A DNA stretch of 64,000 nucleotides from Phyllobates terribilis (taxonomy: Eukaryota): positions 180,730,001 through 180,794,000 of the forward strand of contig NW_027362770.1 of assembly GCF_046119375.1 (NCBI RefSeq). Reading direction: 5' to 3'. The notes beneath the pieces are model-generated. The model saw nothing but the letters and a program-made list of their open reading frames with translations. It made no database searches and was not told where the DNA came from. This document shows positions 24,028 to 38,770 of this stretch, piece by piece (within the stretch, counting starts at the first letter, position 1; the number at the start of each line of letters is the position of its first letter). Made by a program: the position numbers and the translations under genes.

Positions 24028-25223
24028 CCCTCCATATAGCGCTCTATAATACCTCCATATAGCGCTGTATACGGCCACTTGATGTTATTACCCTCCATAT
24101 AGCGCTGTATACGGCCACACGATATTACCCTCCATATAGCGCTGTATACGGCCACACGATGATTTTACCCTCCATATAGCGCTGTATACGGCCACATGAT
24201 GTTATTACCCTCCATATAACGCTGTATACCTCCACATGATGTTATTACCCTCCATATAGCGCTGTATACGACCACATGATGTTATTACCCTCCATATAGT
24301 GCTGTATACGGCCACATGATGTTATTACCCTCCATATAGCGCTGTATACGGCCACATGATGTTATTACCCTCCATATAGCGCTGTATACGGCCACATGAT
24401 GTTATTACCCTCCATATAGCGCTGTATACGGCCACACGATGTTATTACCCTCCATATAGCGCTGTATACGGCCACACGATGTTATTACCCTCCATATAGC
24501 GCTGTATACGGCCACATGATGTTATTACCCTCCATATAGCGCTATATACGGCCACATGATGTTATTACCCTCCATATAACGCTGTATACGGCCACATGAT
24601 GTTATTACCCTCCATATAGCGCTGTATACGGCCACATGATGTTATTACCCTCCATATAGCGCTGTATACGGCCACATGATGTTATTACCCTCCATATAGC
24701 GCTGTATACGGCCACACGATGTTATTACCCTCCATATAGCGCTGTATACCTCCACATGATGTTATTACCCTCCATATAACGCTGTATACGGCCACATGAT
24801 GTTATTACCCTCCATATAACGCTGTATACGGCCACATGATGTTATTACCCTCCATATAGCGCTGTATACGGCGACATGATGTTATTACCCTCCATATAGC
24901 GCTGTATACGGCCACACGATGTTATTACTCTCCATATAGCGCTGTATACGGCCACACGATGTTATTACCCTCCATATAGCGCTGTATACGGCCACACGAT
25001 GTTATTACTCTCCATATAGCGCTGTATACGGCCACATGATATTATTACCCTCCATATAGCGCTGTATACGGCCACATGATGTTATTACCCTCCATATAGC
25101 ACTGTATACGGCCACATGATGTTATTACCCTCCATATAGCGCTGTATACGGCCACACGATGTTATTACCCTCCATATAGCGCTGTATACGGCCACATGAT
25201 GTTATTACCCTCCATATAGCGCT
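24028..25223 (+). repeat. 40-bp satellite array 2, about 30 copies
   Basis: Direct tandem repeats, mostly the CACATGATGTTATTA variant. Confidence 0.97.
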
Positions 25224-25630
25224 CTGCACCACGTGTTACACTGAGGAGAACAAAGAGCGGGAGGAACTATCAGCCGTTGTGCGGGGATTTCATATTCAGC
25301 GCTCAGCCAATCAGCGCTCAGTAGGGCTATGGCTCCGCCCACAGGCAGCACAGGATCAGCTCCTCCCCGCAGACACTGGGTGTTAACCCTTTAGTGGCCG
25401 ATGTTCCCAGTCCCCGCAGAGCAGACTGCAGCCATCCGGGCACAGGGCGGTCAGCAGCCCCTCCCCCAGCAGCAGGAGCTGCGGCTTCTCCTCAGATGTG
25501 GGCGGAGCACAGAACTGTTGGGGAGGTTGAATTTCCCGCCCTTTTTCCTGTCATTTTCCCGCTTTTATCGCGAGGATGTTACATCCGGTCACAGAGCTGA
25601 CTCCTCCCCGGTGACTGCTGCTCGGGTCAC
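25224..25630. promoter_or_regulatory. Promoter-like cassette, copy 2
   Basis: Near-identical to 19288-19690. Confidence 0.5.
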
Positions 25631-26119
25631 TGACAGGTGTATAGTGCTGTATACCTCCATATACAGCTGAATACTCCCATATACTGCTGCTCGGGTCACT
25701 GACAGGTCTATAGTGCTATATACCCTCCATATACTGCTGTATACCCTCTATATAGTGCTGTATGCCCCTATATAGTGCTATATACCTAAATACACTGTTG
25801 TATACCACTATATAGTGCTAGATACGTCCATATGCTCATATACACCCCTAGAGTGCTGTATACCCCCATATAGTGCGATATACCTCCGTATACCAGCAAT
25901 ATCCTGCTGTAAACCCTCATATAGCGATATATACGCTCCATATCCTGCTGTATACCCCTATATACTCCTGCGTTCCTCCATGTAGTGCCATACACCACCA
26001 TATAGTGCTCCTCTCTGCCTATTACCAGCAGAGCACTGGAGGCAGAGGGCACTAGGACCCAGCGCTCTGGGAGAGAATGGGATTGTGAGTGACAGGCGGC
26101 TGAGCACCAGGCCTCCATC

Positions 26120-26630
26120 AGATGGTAAGAATCCAGTTGTCGCCTTTAATGTCGCAAACTGGATCCCATATTCTAGATGTTGCCCCTCTATGAATAACTG
26201 GACATAATATAGTGGGAATATGGGGTTTTACACCTTTATACAACCTAAAATAAGGTTTGTGTTCACACCTGCTGCCTGACTATGAGCACTGCTGTACAGA
26301 TTACTTGGGACTACAGGAACAGAAGGATTTGGGTGTTCTGGATACGAGTATACTCCCATTTCATGTATATGCAGTAATGGGATTACTCCGTCCTCGGTGC
26401 ATTACTCTACATTTATCTACATTAAACCTTATCTGCCAAGTGTTTGCCCATTCAGACGTCTTATCCAGATGGTTCTGGAATATTGTGCTCTCCAGGTCAG
26501 GTTTTATTATCCCACATACTTGTGTCAGCAAAGACTGATACTTTACTCTCCCCCATCCACAAGGTCATTAATAGAGATTAAAAAGAATTGGTCCTAACAG
26601 TTCCTTGTAGCCCCACTGCCCCAGCACAGA
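26120..26630 (-). mobile_element. CR1-type LINE ORF2 fragment (duplicate of 20180-20690)
   Basis: Near-identical duplicate. Confidence 0.7.
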
Positions 26631-26663
26631 TCCTTATATTTGGGTTTCTTCAGATACTTTGTT

Positions 26664-26714
26664 ATACCATGCCTGATGAAGAGACCCAAGTAGTCTTGAG
26701 AGCTTGCTTTGTAA
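26664..26714 (+). ncRNA. Decayed type I hammerhead ribozyme, histone unit B
   Basis: Identical to 20725-20775, with CTGATGA at 26673-79. Confidence 0.6.
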
Positions 26715-26824
26715 CATTTTATTTTTGTTAATCATTAAAAAGATATAACTACGTGATTATTTTGTATTTCCAACTGAGAGCAATATCCGTTCTGTAATAC
26801 TGTAACATCTAGCTCAGGTATATA

Positions 26825-27930
26825 GTTAGAACTATTCTCTGGAACAGAATGGAACTTTACTCTCAATTGTATCCACAAGGTTATTAAGATGCTCCCAGTA
26901 CAGATCCTTGGGGTCCCCCCACTGCTCCCAGTACAGATCCTTGGGGTCCCCCCACTGCTCTCAGTACAGATCCTTGCGGTCCCCACTGCTCCCAGTACAG
27001 ATCCTTGGGGTCCCCCCACTGCTCCTAGTACAGATCCTTGAGGTCCCCACTGCTCCCAGTACAGATCCTTGGGGTCCCCCCACTGCTCCCATTACAGATC
27101 CTTGGGGTCCCCCCACTGCTCCCAGTACAGATCCTTGGGGTCCCAGATGCTCCCAGTACAGATCCTTGGCGTCCCCCCACTGCTCCCAGTACAGATCCTT
27201 GGGGTCCCCACTGCTCCCAGTACAGATCCTTGGCGTCCCCCCACTGCTCCCAGTACAGATCCTTGGCGTCCCCCCACTGCTCCCAGTACAGATCCTTGGC
27301 GTCCCCCCACTGCTCCCAGTACAGATCCTTGGCATCCCCCCACTGCTCCCAGTACAGATCCTTGGGGTCCCCCCACTGCTCCCAGTACAGATCCTTGGGG
27401 TCCCCCCACTGCTCCCAGTACAGATCCTTGGGGTCCCCCCACTGCTCCCAGTACAGATCCTTGGGGTCCCCCCACTGCTCCCAGTACAGATCCTTGGGGT
27501 CCCCCCACTGCTCCCAGTACAGATCCTTGGGGTCCCCCCACTGCTCCCAGTACAGATCCTTGGGGTCCCCCCACTGCTCCCAGTACAGATCCTTGGGGTC
27601 CCCCCACTGCTCCCAGTACAGATCCTTGGGGTCCCCCCACTGCTCCCAGTACAGATCCTTGGGGTCCCCAATCTTGACAATATTTCATTTAGAGAATGTA
27701 CCATTTACAACACCTGTTTCATGTCTTTTAACCAGTTCTTTACCCATCTGCATAGTTCTCCTAGTCCCAGCTTCTGGAGCGTCCCTACAAGGATGCTGTG
27801 TGGTTCAGTAAAATCAGTGCAGATATCACAACCAACACCCAGATTTGCACTTAACGTCTTATAGAAACCCAACATCTGGGTTAGGCACCACTTCCCTTTC
27901 ATTAATCCATGCTGAGGATTAAACTATTTT
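26825..27930 (-). mobile_element. CR1-type LINE RT fragment with a 33-bp expansion (duplicate)
   Basis: Duplicate of 20885-21960. Confidence 0.75.
26890..27668 (-). repeat. 33-bp minisatellite, about 23 copies
   Basis: Direct tandem repeats. Confidence 0.97.
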
Positions 27931-28013
27931 CTGCAGTTAATTTTTGTAGGTCATCCCTTATATAAGTGCAGCAGGACATAAGCAGCCACAGCTCTGATGT
28001 AGACGGGGTGGGT

Positions 28014-28029
28014 GGCTCTTAGAAGAGCC
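28014..28029 (-). other. Histone 3' stem-loop (H2B, unit B)
   Basis: GGCTCT-TCTA-AGAGCC on the minus strand. Confidence 0.95.
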
Positions 28030-28060
28030 TTTGGGTTGGTGGAGCAGAGCTTGGAGCAGA

Positions 28061-28735
<675 letters not shown>

Positions 28736-29299
28736 GTCACCACAAGAGCTGGCGCCGCTGATCTCTGGTGTGAACATTGACAAAATACTAATGAATGATG
28801 GGAAATTACCAACACTCGTGTCCCCAAAGAGCAGAGCACTAGGGGCATGAATTATCCCACTATGTACACACCATATTGTGCAATAAATGTCATATGCTGT
28901 ATAGTGTATATGCCCTCCATTCTGATAAAGCTGTAAACTAAGAAATAGTGCAGTATACCACCCATACACTGCTGAATACTCCCCCATTTAGTGCTGTATA
29001 TCCTCCGTATATATTGTATACCCCCTATATAGTACTGTGTCCTCATTCACAGTGGATTAAACCTTGTACATGAGTGAGAATATGATCAGAGGAAGGTGAT
29101 GAATTGGGGGTGTGGGGCGGACATTATACGTTTCTAATCTGATGTGCTCTAGTTCTTAATCATATTATCACTGCTAGACAAGATATAGCGCTATATACTG
29201 CCATATAGTGCTGTACGCCGTGATGTAGTGCTCTCTACCACCCATGCACAGTCGGATACTTTGTCTATTACCTTACCCATGCTCTCCATTTTATAATAG

Positions 29300-29640
29300 C
29301 CTTCATAATCTGAATTTCCCACTCTCTCATCCAGGACTTCTCTTGTGCTGCACCAGGTTTCTGGAATGCGCTGATCACCATGCTTCATTAATCTAACGCT
29401 CCCCCTCTGATATTTCCTTAGAATCTGTCGCTCTTATTCATCTGTCTCCACAGCCTCCATGCACCCAATAGCACTGGGTATCTGGATGAAGTCCGGATCA
29501 TGCAGCTTTATATGAAAAGCCTTGTGATGGCTGGACCGTACATGACAAGCACACTCTACCTATTGTGACCCCCCTATTCCCTGTAATCTTGTGAGCAGCA
29601 GGACCCCCCTATTCCCTGTAATCTTCACTCACAGCCTGAG
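29300..29640 (+). mobile_element. L2-type LINE 3' fragment
   Basis: CAGGACTTCTCTTGTGCTGCACC...CTGGAATGCGCTG (QDFS.AAP.FWNAL-like) and a TCTTGTGAGCAG tail. Confidence 0.55.
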
Positions 29641-29649
29641 AGCCGCCAT

Positions 29650-29880
29650 CTTGACACCACGTTTTACACTGAGAACAAAGGAAAGTAACCATCAACCATT
29701 ATGCGGGAACTCCATATTCATTGGCAGCCAATCAGCACTAAGCAGGGCTATGGCTCCACCCAGTCAGCACCAGATTAGTTAGGCAGTAACCCCTTCATCC
29801 ATGTGGCACGTGGTGTCAGGACAGGCGACCACTACAGGTCATCACAGAGTGGGGAGCTCTGGATGTAACAAGTCCCTGGG
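29650..29880. promoter_or_regulatory. Diverged paralog of the promoter-like cassette
   Basis: CACCACGT.TTACACTGAG..AACAAAG...CAGCCAATCAGC.CT.AG.AGGGCTATGGCTCC.CCC aligns to 19291-19404. Confidence 0.5.
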
Positions 29881-30109
29881 CAGCTGCATCCCCTGAAAAA
29901 TGTCTAATACAAGACAATGACATCCCTGCGATTTGTATTTTTGTCACATTAACCATTTCCGCCTATGAGACCACTCGATTTCCAGGAATAAATCTCACAT
30001 AACTGAAGGAGTTGATGGACCATCTCCACCTATTACCAGCAGAACACTGGAGCCAGGCGGCAGAAGGATCTGGAATTTAGGAATTGGCTCGTTAGTGGAA
30101 GGATTTGGT

Positions 30110-30125
30110 GGCTCTGAGAAGAGCC
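30110..30125 (-). other. Histone 3' stem-loop (H3)
   Basis: GGCTCT-TCTC-AGAGCC on the minus strand. Confidence 0.93.
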
Positions 30126-30155
30126 TTTGTGTTGTCTTTGGTGCCCAGGGCAGAT

Positions 30156-30731
<576 letters not shown>

Positions 30732-31036
30732 TCACATCATGTCTACAAGAGTCTTCTGCAGTTGCGGCCTCCGATGTCATTGTGCTTCCATATCCCCGTA
30801 CACTGCTATAATGGCGCTGCTGACGGAAGCTGCGGGGGAAACTCGGACACTGATCACACATATGGTCTGTACATGTCCCCAGCCTGCGGTATACTGCCAT
30901 AGTGTGCTGGACATAGTGTCACTATAGTACAGTATAAATCCATATGGGGCTATATACTATGATACAATACTGTATACACTCAGTATAGCGCTGTATTCCT
31001 CCAGATGATGCTGTCTATGGCCAAGTACTGACATTA

Positions 31037-32939
31037 CCCTCCATATACCGCTATATAACACCTCCATATAGCGCTGTATACGGCCACAGGATGTTATCAC
31101 CCTCCGTATAGCGCTGTATACGGCCACATGATGTTATCACCCTCCATATAGCGCTGTATACGGCCACATGATGTTATTACCCTCCATATAGCGCTGTATA
31201 CGGCCACATGATGTTATTACCCTCCATATAGCACTGTATACGGCCACATGATGTTATTACCCTCCATATAGCGCTGTATACGGCCACACGATGTTATCAC
31301 CCTCCGTATACGGCCACACGATGTTATCACCCTCCGTATAGCGCTGTATACGGCCACACGATGTTATTACCCTCCGTATAGCGCTGTATACGGCCACACG
31401 ATGTTATTACCCTCCGTATAGCGCTGTATACGGTCACACGATGTTATTACCCTCCGTATAGCGCTGTATACGGCCACACGATGTTATTACCCTCCATATA
31501 GCGCTGTATACGGCCACATGATGTTATTACCCTCCGTATAGCGCTGTATACGGCCACACGATGTTATTACCCTCCGTATAGCGCTGTATACGGCCACACG
31601 ATGTTATTACCCTCCGTATAGCGCTGTATACGGTCACACGATGTTATTACCCTCCGTATAGCGCTGTATACGACCACACGATGTTATTACCCTCCGTATA
31701 GCGCTGTATACGGCCACACGATGTTATTACCCTCCATATAGCGCTGTATACGGCCACACGATGTTATTACCCTCCGTATAGCGCTGTATACGGCCACACG
31801 ATGTTATTACCCTCCGTATAGCGCTGTATACGGCCACACGATGTTATCACCCTCCGTATAGCGCTGTATACGGCCACACGATGTTATCACCCTCCATATA
31901 GCGCTGTATACGGCCACACGATGTTATCACCCTCCATATAGCGCTGTATACGGCCACACGATGTTATCACCCTCCATATAGCGCTGTATACCTCCACACG
32001 ATGTTATTACCCTCCGTATAGCGCTGTATACGGCCACACGATGTTATCACCCTCCATATAGCGCTGTATACGGCCACACGATGTTATCACCCTCCATATA
32101 GCGCTGTATACGGCCACACGATGTTATTACCCTCCATATAGCGCTGTATACCTCCACACGATGTTATCACCCTCCATATAGCGCTGTATACGGCCACACG
32201 ATGTTATTACCCTCCATATAGCGCTGTATACGGCCACACGATGTTATTACCCTCCATATAGCGCTGTATACGGCCACACGATGTTATCACCCTCCATATA
32301 GCGCTGTATACGGCCACACGATGTTATCACCCTCCATATAGCGCTGTATACGGCCACGCGATGTTATTACCCTCCATATAGCGCTGTATACGGCCACGCG
32401 ATGTTATTACCCTCCATATAGCGCTGTATACGGCCACACGATGTTATCACCCTCCATATAGCGCTGTATACGGCCACACGATGTTATCACCCTCCATATA
32501 GCGCTGTATACGGCCACACGATGTTATCACCCTCCATATAGCGCTGTATACAGCCACACGATGTTATTACCCTCCATATAGCGCTGTATACGGCCACACG
32601 ATGTTATTACCCTCCATATAGCGCTGTATACGGCCACATGTTATTACCCTCCATATAGCGCTGTATACGGCCACACGATGTTATTACCCTCCATATAGCG
32701 CTGTATACGGCCACATGTTATTACCCTCCATATAACGCTGTATACGGCCACATGATGTTATTACCCTCCATATAGCGCTGTATACGGCCACATGATGTTA
32801 TTACCCTCCATATAGCGCTGTATACGGCCACATGATGTTATTACCCTCCATATAGCGCTGTATACGGCCACATGATGTTATTACCCTCCATATAGCGCTG
32901 TATACGGCCACATGATGTTATTACCCTCCATATAGCGCT
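31037..32939 (+). repeat. 40-bp satellite array 3, about 47 copies
   Basis: Direct tandem repeats. The CCTCCGTATA variant is frequent in the first half. Confidence 0.97.
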
Positions 32940-33350
32940 TTGCACCACGTGTTACACTGAAGAGAAGAAAGAGTGGGAGGAACTATCAGCCGTTGTGCGG
33001 GGATTTCATATTCAGCGCTCAGCCAATCAGCGCTCAGTAGGGCTATGGCTCCGCCCACAGGCAGCACAGGATCAGCTCCTCCCCGCAGACACTTGGTGTT
33101 AACCCTTTAGTGGCCGATGTTCCCAGTCCCCGCAGAGCAGACTGCAGCCATCCGGACACAGGGCGGTCAGCAGCCCCTCCCCCAGCAGCAGGAGCTGCGG
33201 CTTCTCCTCAGATGTGGGCGGAGCACAGAACTGTTGGGGAGGTTGAATTTCCCGCCCTTTTTCCTGTCATTTTCCCGCTTTTATCGCGAGGACGTTACAT
33301 CCGGTCACAGAGCTGACTCCTCCCCGGTGACTGCTGCTCGGGTCACTGAC
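32940..33350. promoter_or_regulatory. Promoter-like cassette, copy 3
   Basis: Near-identical to 19288-19690 with a few substitutions. Confidence 0.5.
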
Positions 33351-34255
33351 AGGTCTATAGTGCTGTATACCTCCATATACAGCTATATGCCGTCTATATC
33401 CTGCTGTATACCTCCATATACTGCTGTAACCCCCCATATAGTACTATATACCGTCTATTTATACTCTCCACAAAGAGCTGTGTACACTCCATATCCTGCT
33501 GTATACCCCATATAGTGCTATATACCCTCCATATCTTTCTGTATACCCTCCATATCCTGCTGTATACCTCATATAGTGGTATATACCCTCCATATCCTGC
33601 AGTATACCCCATATAGTGTTATATACCCTCCATATCATGCTGTATACTTCCATGTAGTGCTGTATACTCTCCATATCATGCTGTGTACACTCCATATCCT
33701 GCTGTATACCCCTGCTATATATCCTCCATTTCCTGCTGTATACCCCCCCATATCCCACAGTATACCCCATATAGTGTTATATACCCTCCATATACATAGT
33801 GCTGTGTACCCTCACTATATCACATTATATACAGAGCTCCTGTGTATAGTGTCAGTGTACAGATAATGCAGGGATCACTAGTGACATTATATACAGAAGC
33901 TCTGTATATAGTGTAAAGGAAATACAGTGATCACTAGTGACATTATGCACAGGAGCTCTGTGGTCCGAGCCCCTCCTCTTTGCTTCTTCTCACCGGGCCC
34001 CATACACTAGTAAGGGCAGTAACGCACTGATGGCGGCCCTTCATATGAACACGACCTCAGCGTTACAATTTATTACATTTTTTATGGGTTTAATAGAGGA
34101 AAAATATCAATCACGTTGGTTTTTTAAGCCAATTTACTGATCCCCGTACATAATCTGATCGCTGTGTTGTGTTGCTGGTCGTTAGGATTACAGAGACACC
34201 AAATATGTCTGTTATTTGCTCGTTTGTGATGTTTATTATTTTTTAACAAAGCAAA

Positions 34256-34345
34256 TTACCATATTTTTTGGACTATAAGACGCACTTTTTTCCTCCAAAA
34301 TTTTGGAGGAAAGTGGGGGATGTGTCTTATCGTCCAAAGGTACTG
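34256..34345. mobile_element. Tc1/mariner-superfamily MITE end fragment
   Basis: TACCATATTTTTTGGACTATAAGACGCAC followed by the partial inverted copy GTGTCTTATCGTCC. Confidence 0.45.
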
Positions 34346-34446
34346 TTGCTGTGGATGGTGGGAGGAGTGGGGGGAGCGTCGTAGGAGCCATCTGCTGCAG
34401 CCAACACTGTTCCCCGCTATAAAAGAAAATGAATATTCACTGCTGC

Positions 34447-35482
34447 TGTGGCACCCCAGGTCTGGTCGCCACAGTGGCAGCAATGTCATGTCTGAGAGCA
34501 GGTGGGAGGTTCCCTGGTTGGGGACAATTAGCATGCAGCACCTCCTGTCTCAGTCCAGGGAGGGGAGAAACCTGCCCTTTATAAACTGGATCTGGGGCGG
34601 GGTTAGTCAGTCCAGCCAGAGAGAATTTCCAGACAAGCCGCAGATAGGGACAGGTCAGCAGCAGGCTGAAGAGTCCCTGTAGGCAGAGGAGGAACACGAG
34701 GCCAGGAGGGGAGCTTGCAGAGCTCGTCCGGCCTAGAGACTTACAAAGCCGGACACTGGAGTCCGAGGCTGTGAGGGCTATAAGCTCAGCAGCAGAAAAC
34801 CACCACGCAGGGGACTTCAAGTCCTCTGGCCCAAGGAAGCCCAGAGGCTCAGCCACACGAGAGGGACCACTACTACCCCGGAGGGGTGAGATGTACGGAA
34901 GGCCCGAGTCGCCAGTCATACGGGTGATAACAACATGGTACACTCAGAGACGTGGGCTACCACTACACTACAGCAGAATAGCCAAGAAAGAGTGAAGTCA
35001 GCACGGTAGGCCTACAAACTCCCCCTGACCAGCAGGATTTCCCAGTTGCTCTCAGACTGACCAGGCCTCCATTGTTAACCTGTATTCCGGACGGGTCCCT
35101 TAATACCACCAACAGTAAAAACCCTGAATTGCATGATAGACTCCGTGTGGTTACTGCTTCTCCCGCGCACCATCACCACCAACATCCCTATTTACTGCCT
35201 TGAGGCTATACTCCTCCCGTGGGGAGTTATACTATCTTCTGCTGCACCCACAACACCAGCCTCAGCGGTCTGCCCTGCAGCGGCGGTTCACTCTGACCAC
35301 AATCCACGGGTGGCGTAATCGGACATTTAATATCACAAAACCCTATAAATAGACTGCCATTTGGGTTGACCACCCTGAGCCACGGGACCGGGTCCCCGCC
35401 ACACGAGCACTAAAACACCCAGCATCCGCAACGGGTCCGGTTCCGGGTATCCCCACACTCACACAGCCCAGGGGGCGCGTCA
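34447..35482 (+). repeat. 5' LTR, outer Gypsy
   Basis: TGTGGCACC...GCGCGTCA, homologous to 47856-48894. Confidence 0.92.
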
Positions 35483-35487
35483 ACTTT

Positions 35488-35506
35488 TGGCGTAGTCGGC
35501 AGGATT
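35488..35506 (+). other. Primer-binding site complementary to the tRNA-Ser 3' end
   Basis: TGGCGTAGTCGGCAGGATT is the reverse complement of AATCCTGCCGACTACG-CCA, the vertebrate tRNA-Ser 3' end. Confidence 0.88.
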
Positions 35507-35764
35507 TTGTGCCCGCCACCAATGGGTACTGCGTGCCTGAAGAAAGACTGTAAAGCTTATGTTGGTAGAGTTTCCCGCCATCCGCATCCGTTTCCCGCTA
35601 TCCGCGGACATTTTCGCTGCGCAAGGTCCTGAAAGGAGCCGAGCGGATGCTGACGTCACCAGGACACGACGCAAGGTCCTCAACCCCGACGATCGCCTGC
35701 AGAGCCGCGGCCTACAGAAGGAAAGCAACGGAAGGTAGGCCACGGTTGACTAGGGGGGAAGAGG

Positions 35765-36757
35765 ATGACGGAAGCAGAGGGAACTGTCACCGCCAGCACG
35801 GCTGCTGCCGCAGTAATGCCGTTCACGATGCCTTATATCCCCGGAGCGGCCTGGTTGCCCCAGTACTCAGGGGAGTCGCATACCCTGAGCGACTTTAAAG
35901 AGAGAGTATATAGCATATTCAAGGTGTACCCCCAGACGGAGGAGCAAAAAGTGACCATACTGATAGGCCAGTTAACCGGCGCGGCCCAACGAGAAGTAAA
36001 GTCCTGGTCAGTCAAGGACAAGGGGACCGTGAAGTAGATTTTGGCCCGTCTAAAGGACACTTTTGATACCCGCACCTCAGCAGAGATCAAAATGAGATTT
36101 TATGGGTGCAAGCAGCGGGCAAAAGACAGTATAAGAGACTATGCTTTGAACTTGCAAGAGGCCCTGAGAGCCATCAAGCAGGCAGACCCTGACAGTGTGA
36201 GGAATGCAGATAAACTGCTGACTGAACAATTCATTGAGGGTCTGCTGTCCAGCGCCCACTGAACTCAGTTACGCCTGATGGCCCTGCAGAACCCTGAGCT
36301 AGACTCTGCACAGTTTAAGGACAGAGCCATCCGTGTACTCCGACAACCCGCACCCGGTGGCGTTGCGGCCTCCAGGCGCCCTGCTATCACTTATCACCAG
36401 GAAGCGGCGCCCCAGTCTACAGAATCTGCAGGAGCCAACGCACAGACCATGAATAGTACCCCGTCTACAGACCTGCACCATCATGTCCAAGAACTGACTA
36501 AAAGCGTTGCCGCACTAACCAGGACTGTGCAGTCGTTGCAGGTATCCTCTCCAGGAAAGATCCTGCTGGCTACCAGTCCGCAGGACGTCCCGTGGCGCCG
36601 ACAGAAGAGGATCCCACCGTCCAGAGAGAAGCCAATGAACCGCTACGACCAGGATGGACAACCCATCTGCCGCCACTGCAGCCAGCCACGACATATTGCG
36701 AGGTACTGTAATTTAAACGGGCCCAACCTGGGGCAGAGGGCCAACCCCCAGGCGTAA
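35765..36757 (+). pseudogene. gag: gag of the outer Gypsy (two in-frame stops; CCHC knuckle CRHCSQPRHIARYC)
   Basis: Three same-frame ORF pieces separated by TAG (36035) and TGA (36260). Confidence 0.8.
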
Positions 36758-37567
36758 GATCATCAGGCCCGTCAAACTGGCGTGACAAGTATGTGGGGGG
36801 ACGACCGGTCTTGCCTGTGGTACTGGATGGCATTCCCATGAGTGCACTGTTGGACACCGGGTCACAGGTAACCACCATCCCCTATATACTTTTCAAGCGG
36901 TACTGGGATGACACGGATATTACCCGCTACCCAGATAATGACTTGAGCATCATCGCCAGCAATGGTCAGCCCATGCCGCAGGTGAGGTTCAAGGAGGTGA
37001 CCATCAAGATTGGTAAAGTTGAATAGCCGGCGCAGGGACTGATTATTGTGGACATTGACCGTAGTGAAAGTCACCCTAAAATAACCTTGGGTACTAACGT
37101 AATTGAAAATTGTCTTTCAGAGATAATTGTTATATTACAGCAGGCCGCAATGAATGCCAGCTCCAGCCAGCAGCGTGTCTTACAAAAGGAGATCAGAGCC
37201 CCGATGAAGCGGCAACAGGTAGAACTGTCTGGTGGTGAGATTGGAAGCGTTAGAAGCCATGCCCCCAAAAAGTGAAATGATGATCTGGTGCCGGTCTGCA
37301 ATCGGGTTAAGAGGTAGAGACTACCAAACTATGGTAGAACCCGTTTACTCAGACTGTAGGCCCACCATTTTGACAGCACGGGGGGTGGTTGATGTCCGCC
37401 ATGGGAGGGTACCAGTCCGCATCCTAAATATTGGGGAAAGAGAAGTACACTTGCCCCGGTATGCCACTCTGGCCAAATTGTTCACCATTAACCAAAACTC
37501 TGTAAAGGCCATGGAACCCTTGCCTCCATCTCCCCCAGAGGAAGGTAACGGCTCTAAAAGACAAATG
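36712..37567 (+). pseudogene. pol: 5' part of pol (protease) of the outer Gypsy
   Basis: The -1 frame is open from the TTTAAAC slippery site. It contains the aspartic protease motif LLDTGSQVT, followed by stops and frameshifts. Confidence 0.8.
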
Positions 37568-38757
37568 TGTAGCGCCGGCGTCCCTGCCCTCTGCTAGGCA
37601 GGGACGCTGTTCCCCTCACCTCCCTGCTCCGTGCCCGGCGTCCTCCTCCCGCTCTGCTGGCAGCGCGCGCTCCTTCCCGGCCACCGTGCTTAGGGCGCGC
37701 GCGCGCGCTCTCCCTCCCTCTTAAAGGGGCCGCGCGCGCCGTCCTAAGGAGTCCCCGGCCAATGGCCGGAGGACTTCACCATATATAAGGCACCTCCTCC
37801 AAAATGGAGGTGCCCGAGCAATGTTGTTGCACTGTTCTACTCTGCTTCAGCCCTCAGGTCCCGTTGCCAGTTACCTGCCAGTTACCTGCCTGATTCCTGC
37901 CAGAGTCCTGCCAGTTTGCTGTCTGTTTCCTGCCAGTTATTCCTGCTACCTGCTTGCTAGCCTGAGGTCCGACGGTCTGCCTTACAACTCCTGTCAGTCT
38001 GTCTAAGGACCAGCTTGCCCTCTCACCTGGGAGCGCACATCAGCTACCTGCCTGCTTGCTAGCCTGAGGTCCGACGGTCTGCCTTTCTACTCCTGTCAGT
38101 CTGTCTATGGACCAGCTTGCCCGCTCACCTGGGAGCGCTCCTCCGCTACCTGCCTGCTTGCCTTGCCTGCCCGGAGGCTCCGCCGTCACGTGCTGTGACT
38201 ACCAGCTATTCCAGAGACTCTTGCCCGCTCACCTGGGAGCGCTTCTCCGCTACCTGCCTGCTTGCCTGCCCGGAGGCTCCGCCGTCACGTGCTGTGACCA
38301 CCAGCTATTCCAGAGACTCTTGCCCGCTCACCTGGGAGCGCTTCTCCGCTACCTGCCTGCTTGCCTACCTGGAGGCTTCGCCGTCACGTGCTGTGACCAC
38401 CTGCTATTCCAGAGACTCTCGCTTGCTCACCTGGGAGCACACATCCTCCATCTGCCTTGCTAGCCTACCTGGAGGTTCAGCCATCACAGGTCGTACCTAC
38501 CCTTTACCTAGAGACTGCCCCGGTCACTTGCTGTGACCTCCAGCCCGTTCACCCAGAGACTGCCCCGGTCACTTGCCGTGACCTCCAGCCCGTTCTTCCA
38601 GAGACTGTCCCGGTCACTTGCCGTGACCTCCTGCCCGTACACCCAGAGACTGTCCCGGTCACCTGCTGTGACTGCCTGCCTGGTCGCCACCCGCTCCCTT
38701 ACAAGGACCGCCCCCTTGTATAGTAGCTCAGAGGTTCCGCCTCCCAGACCCGTTACA
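37568..38757 (+). repeat. 5' LTR, inner chromovirus (TATA about 37781)
   Basis: Nearly identical to the 3' LTR: about 4 substitutions and 4 indels totalling 42 bp, by eye. Confidence 0.96.
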
Positions 38758-38770
38758 GTTTGCTCGGGCC

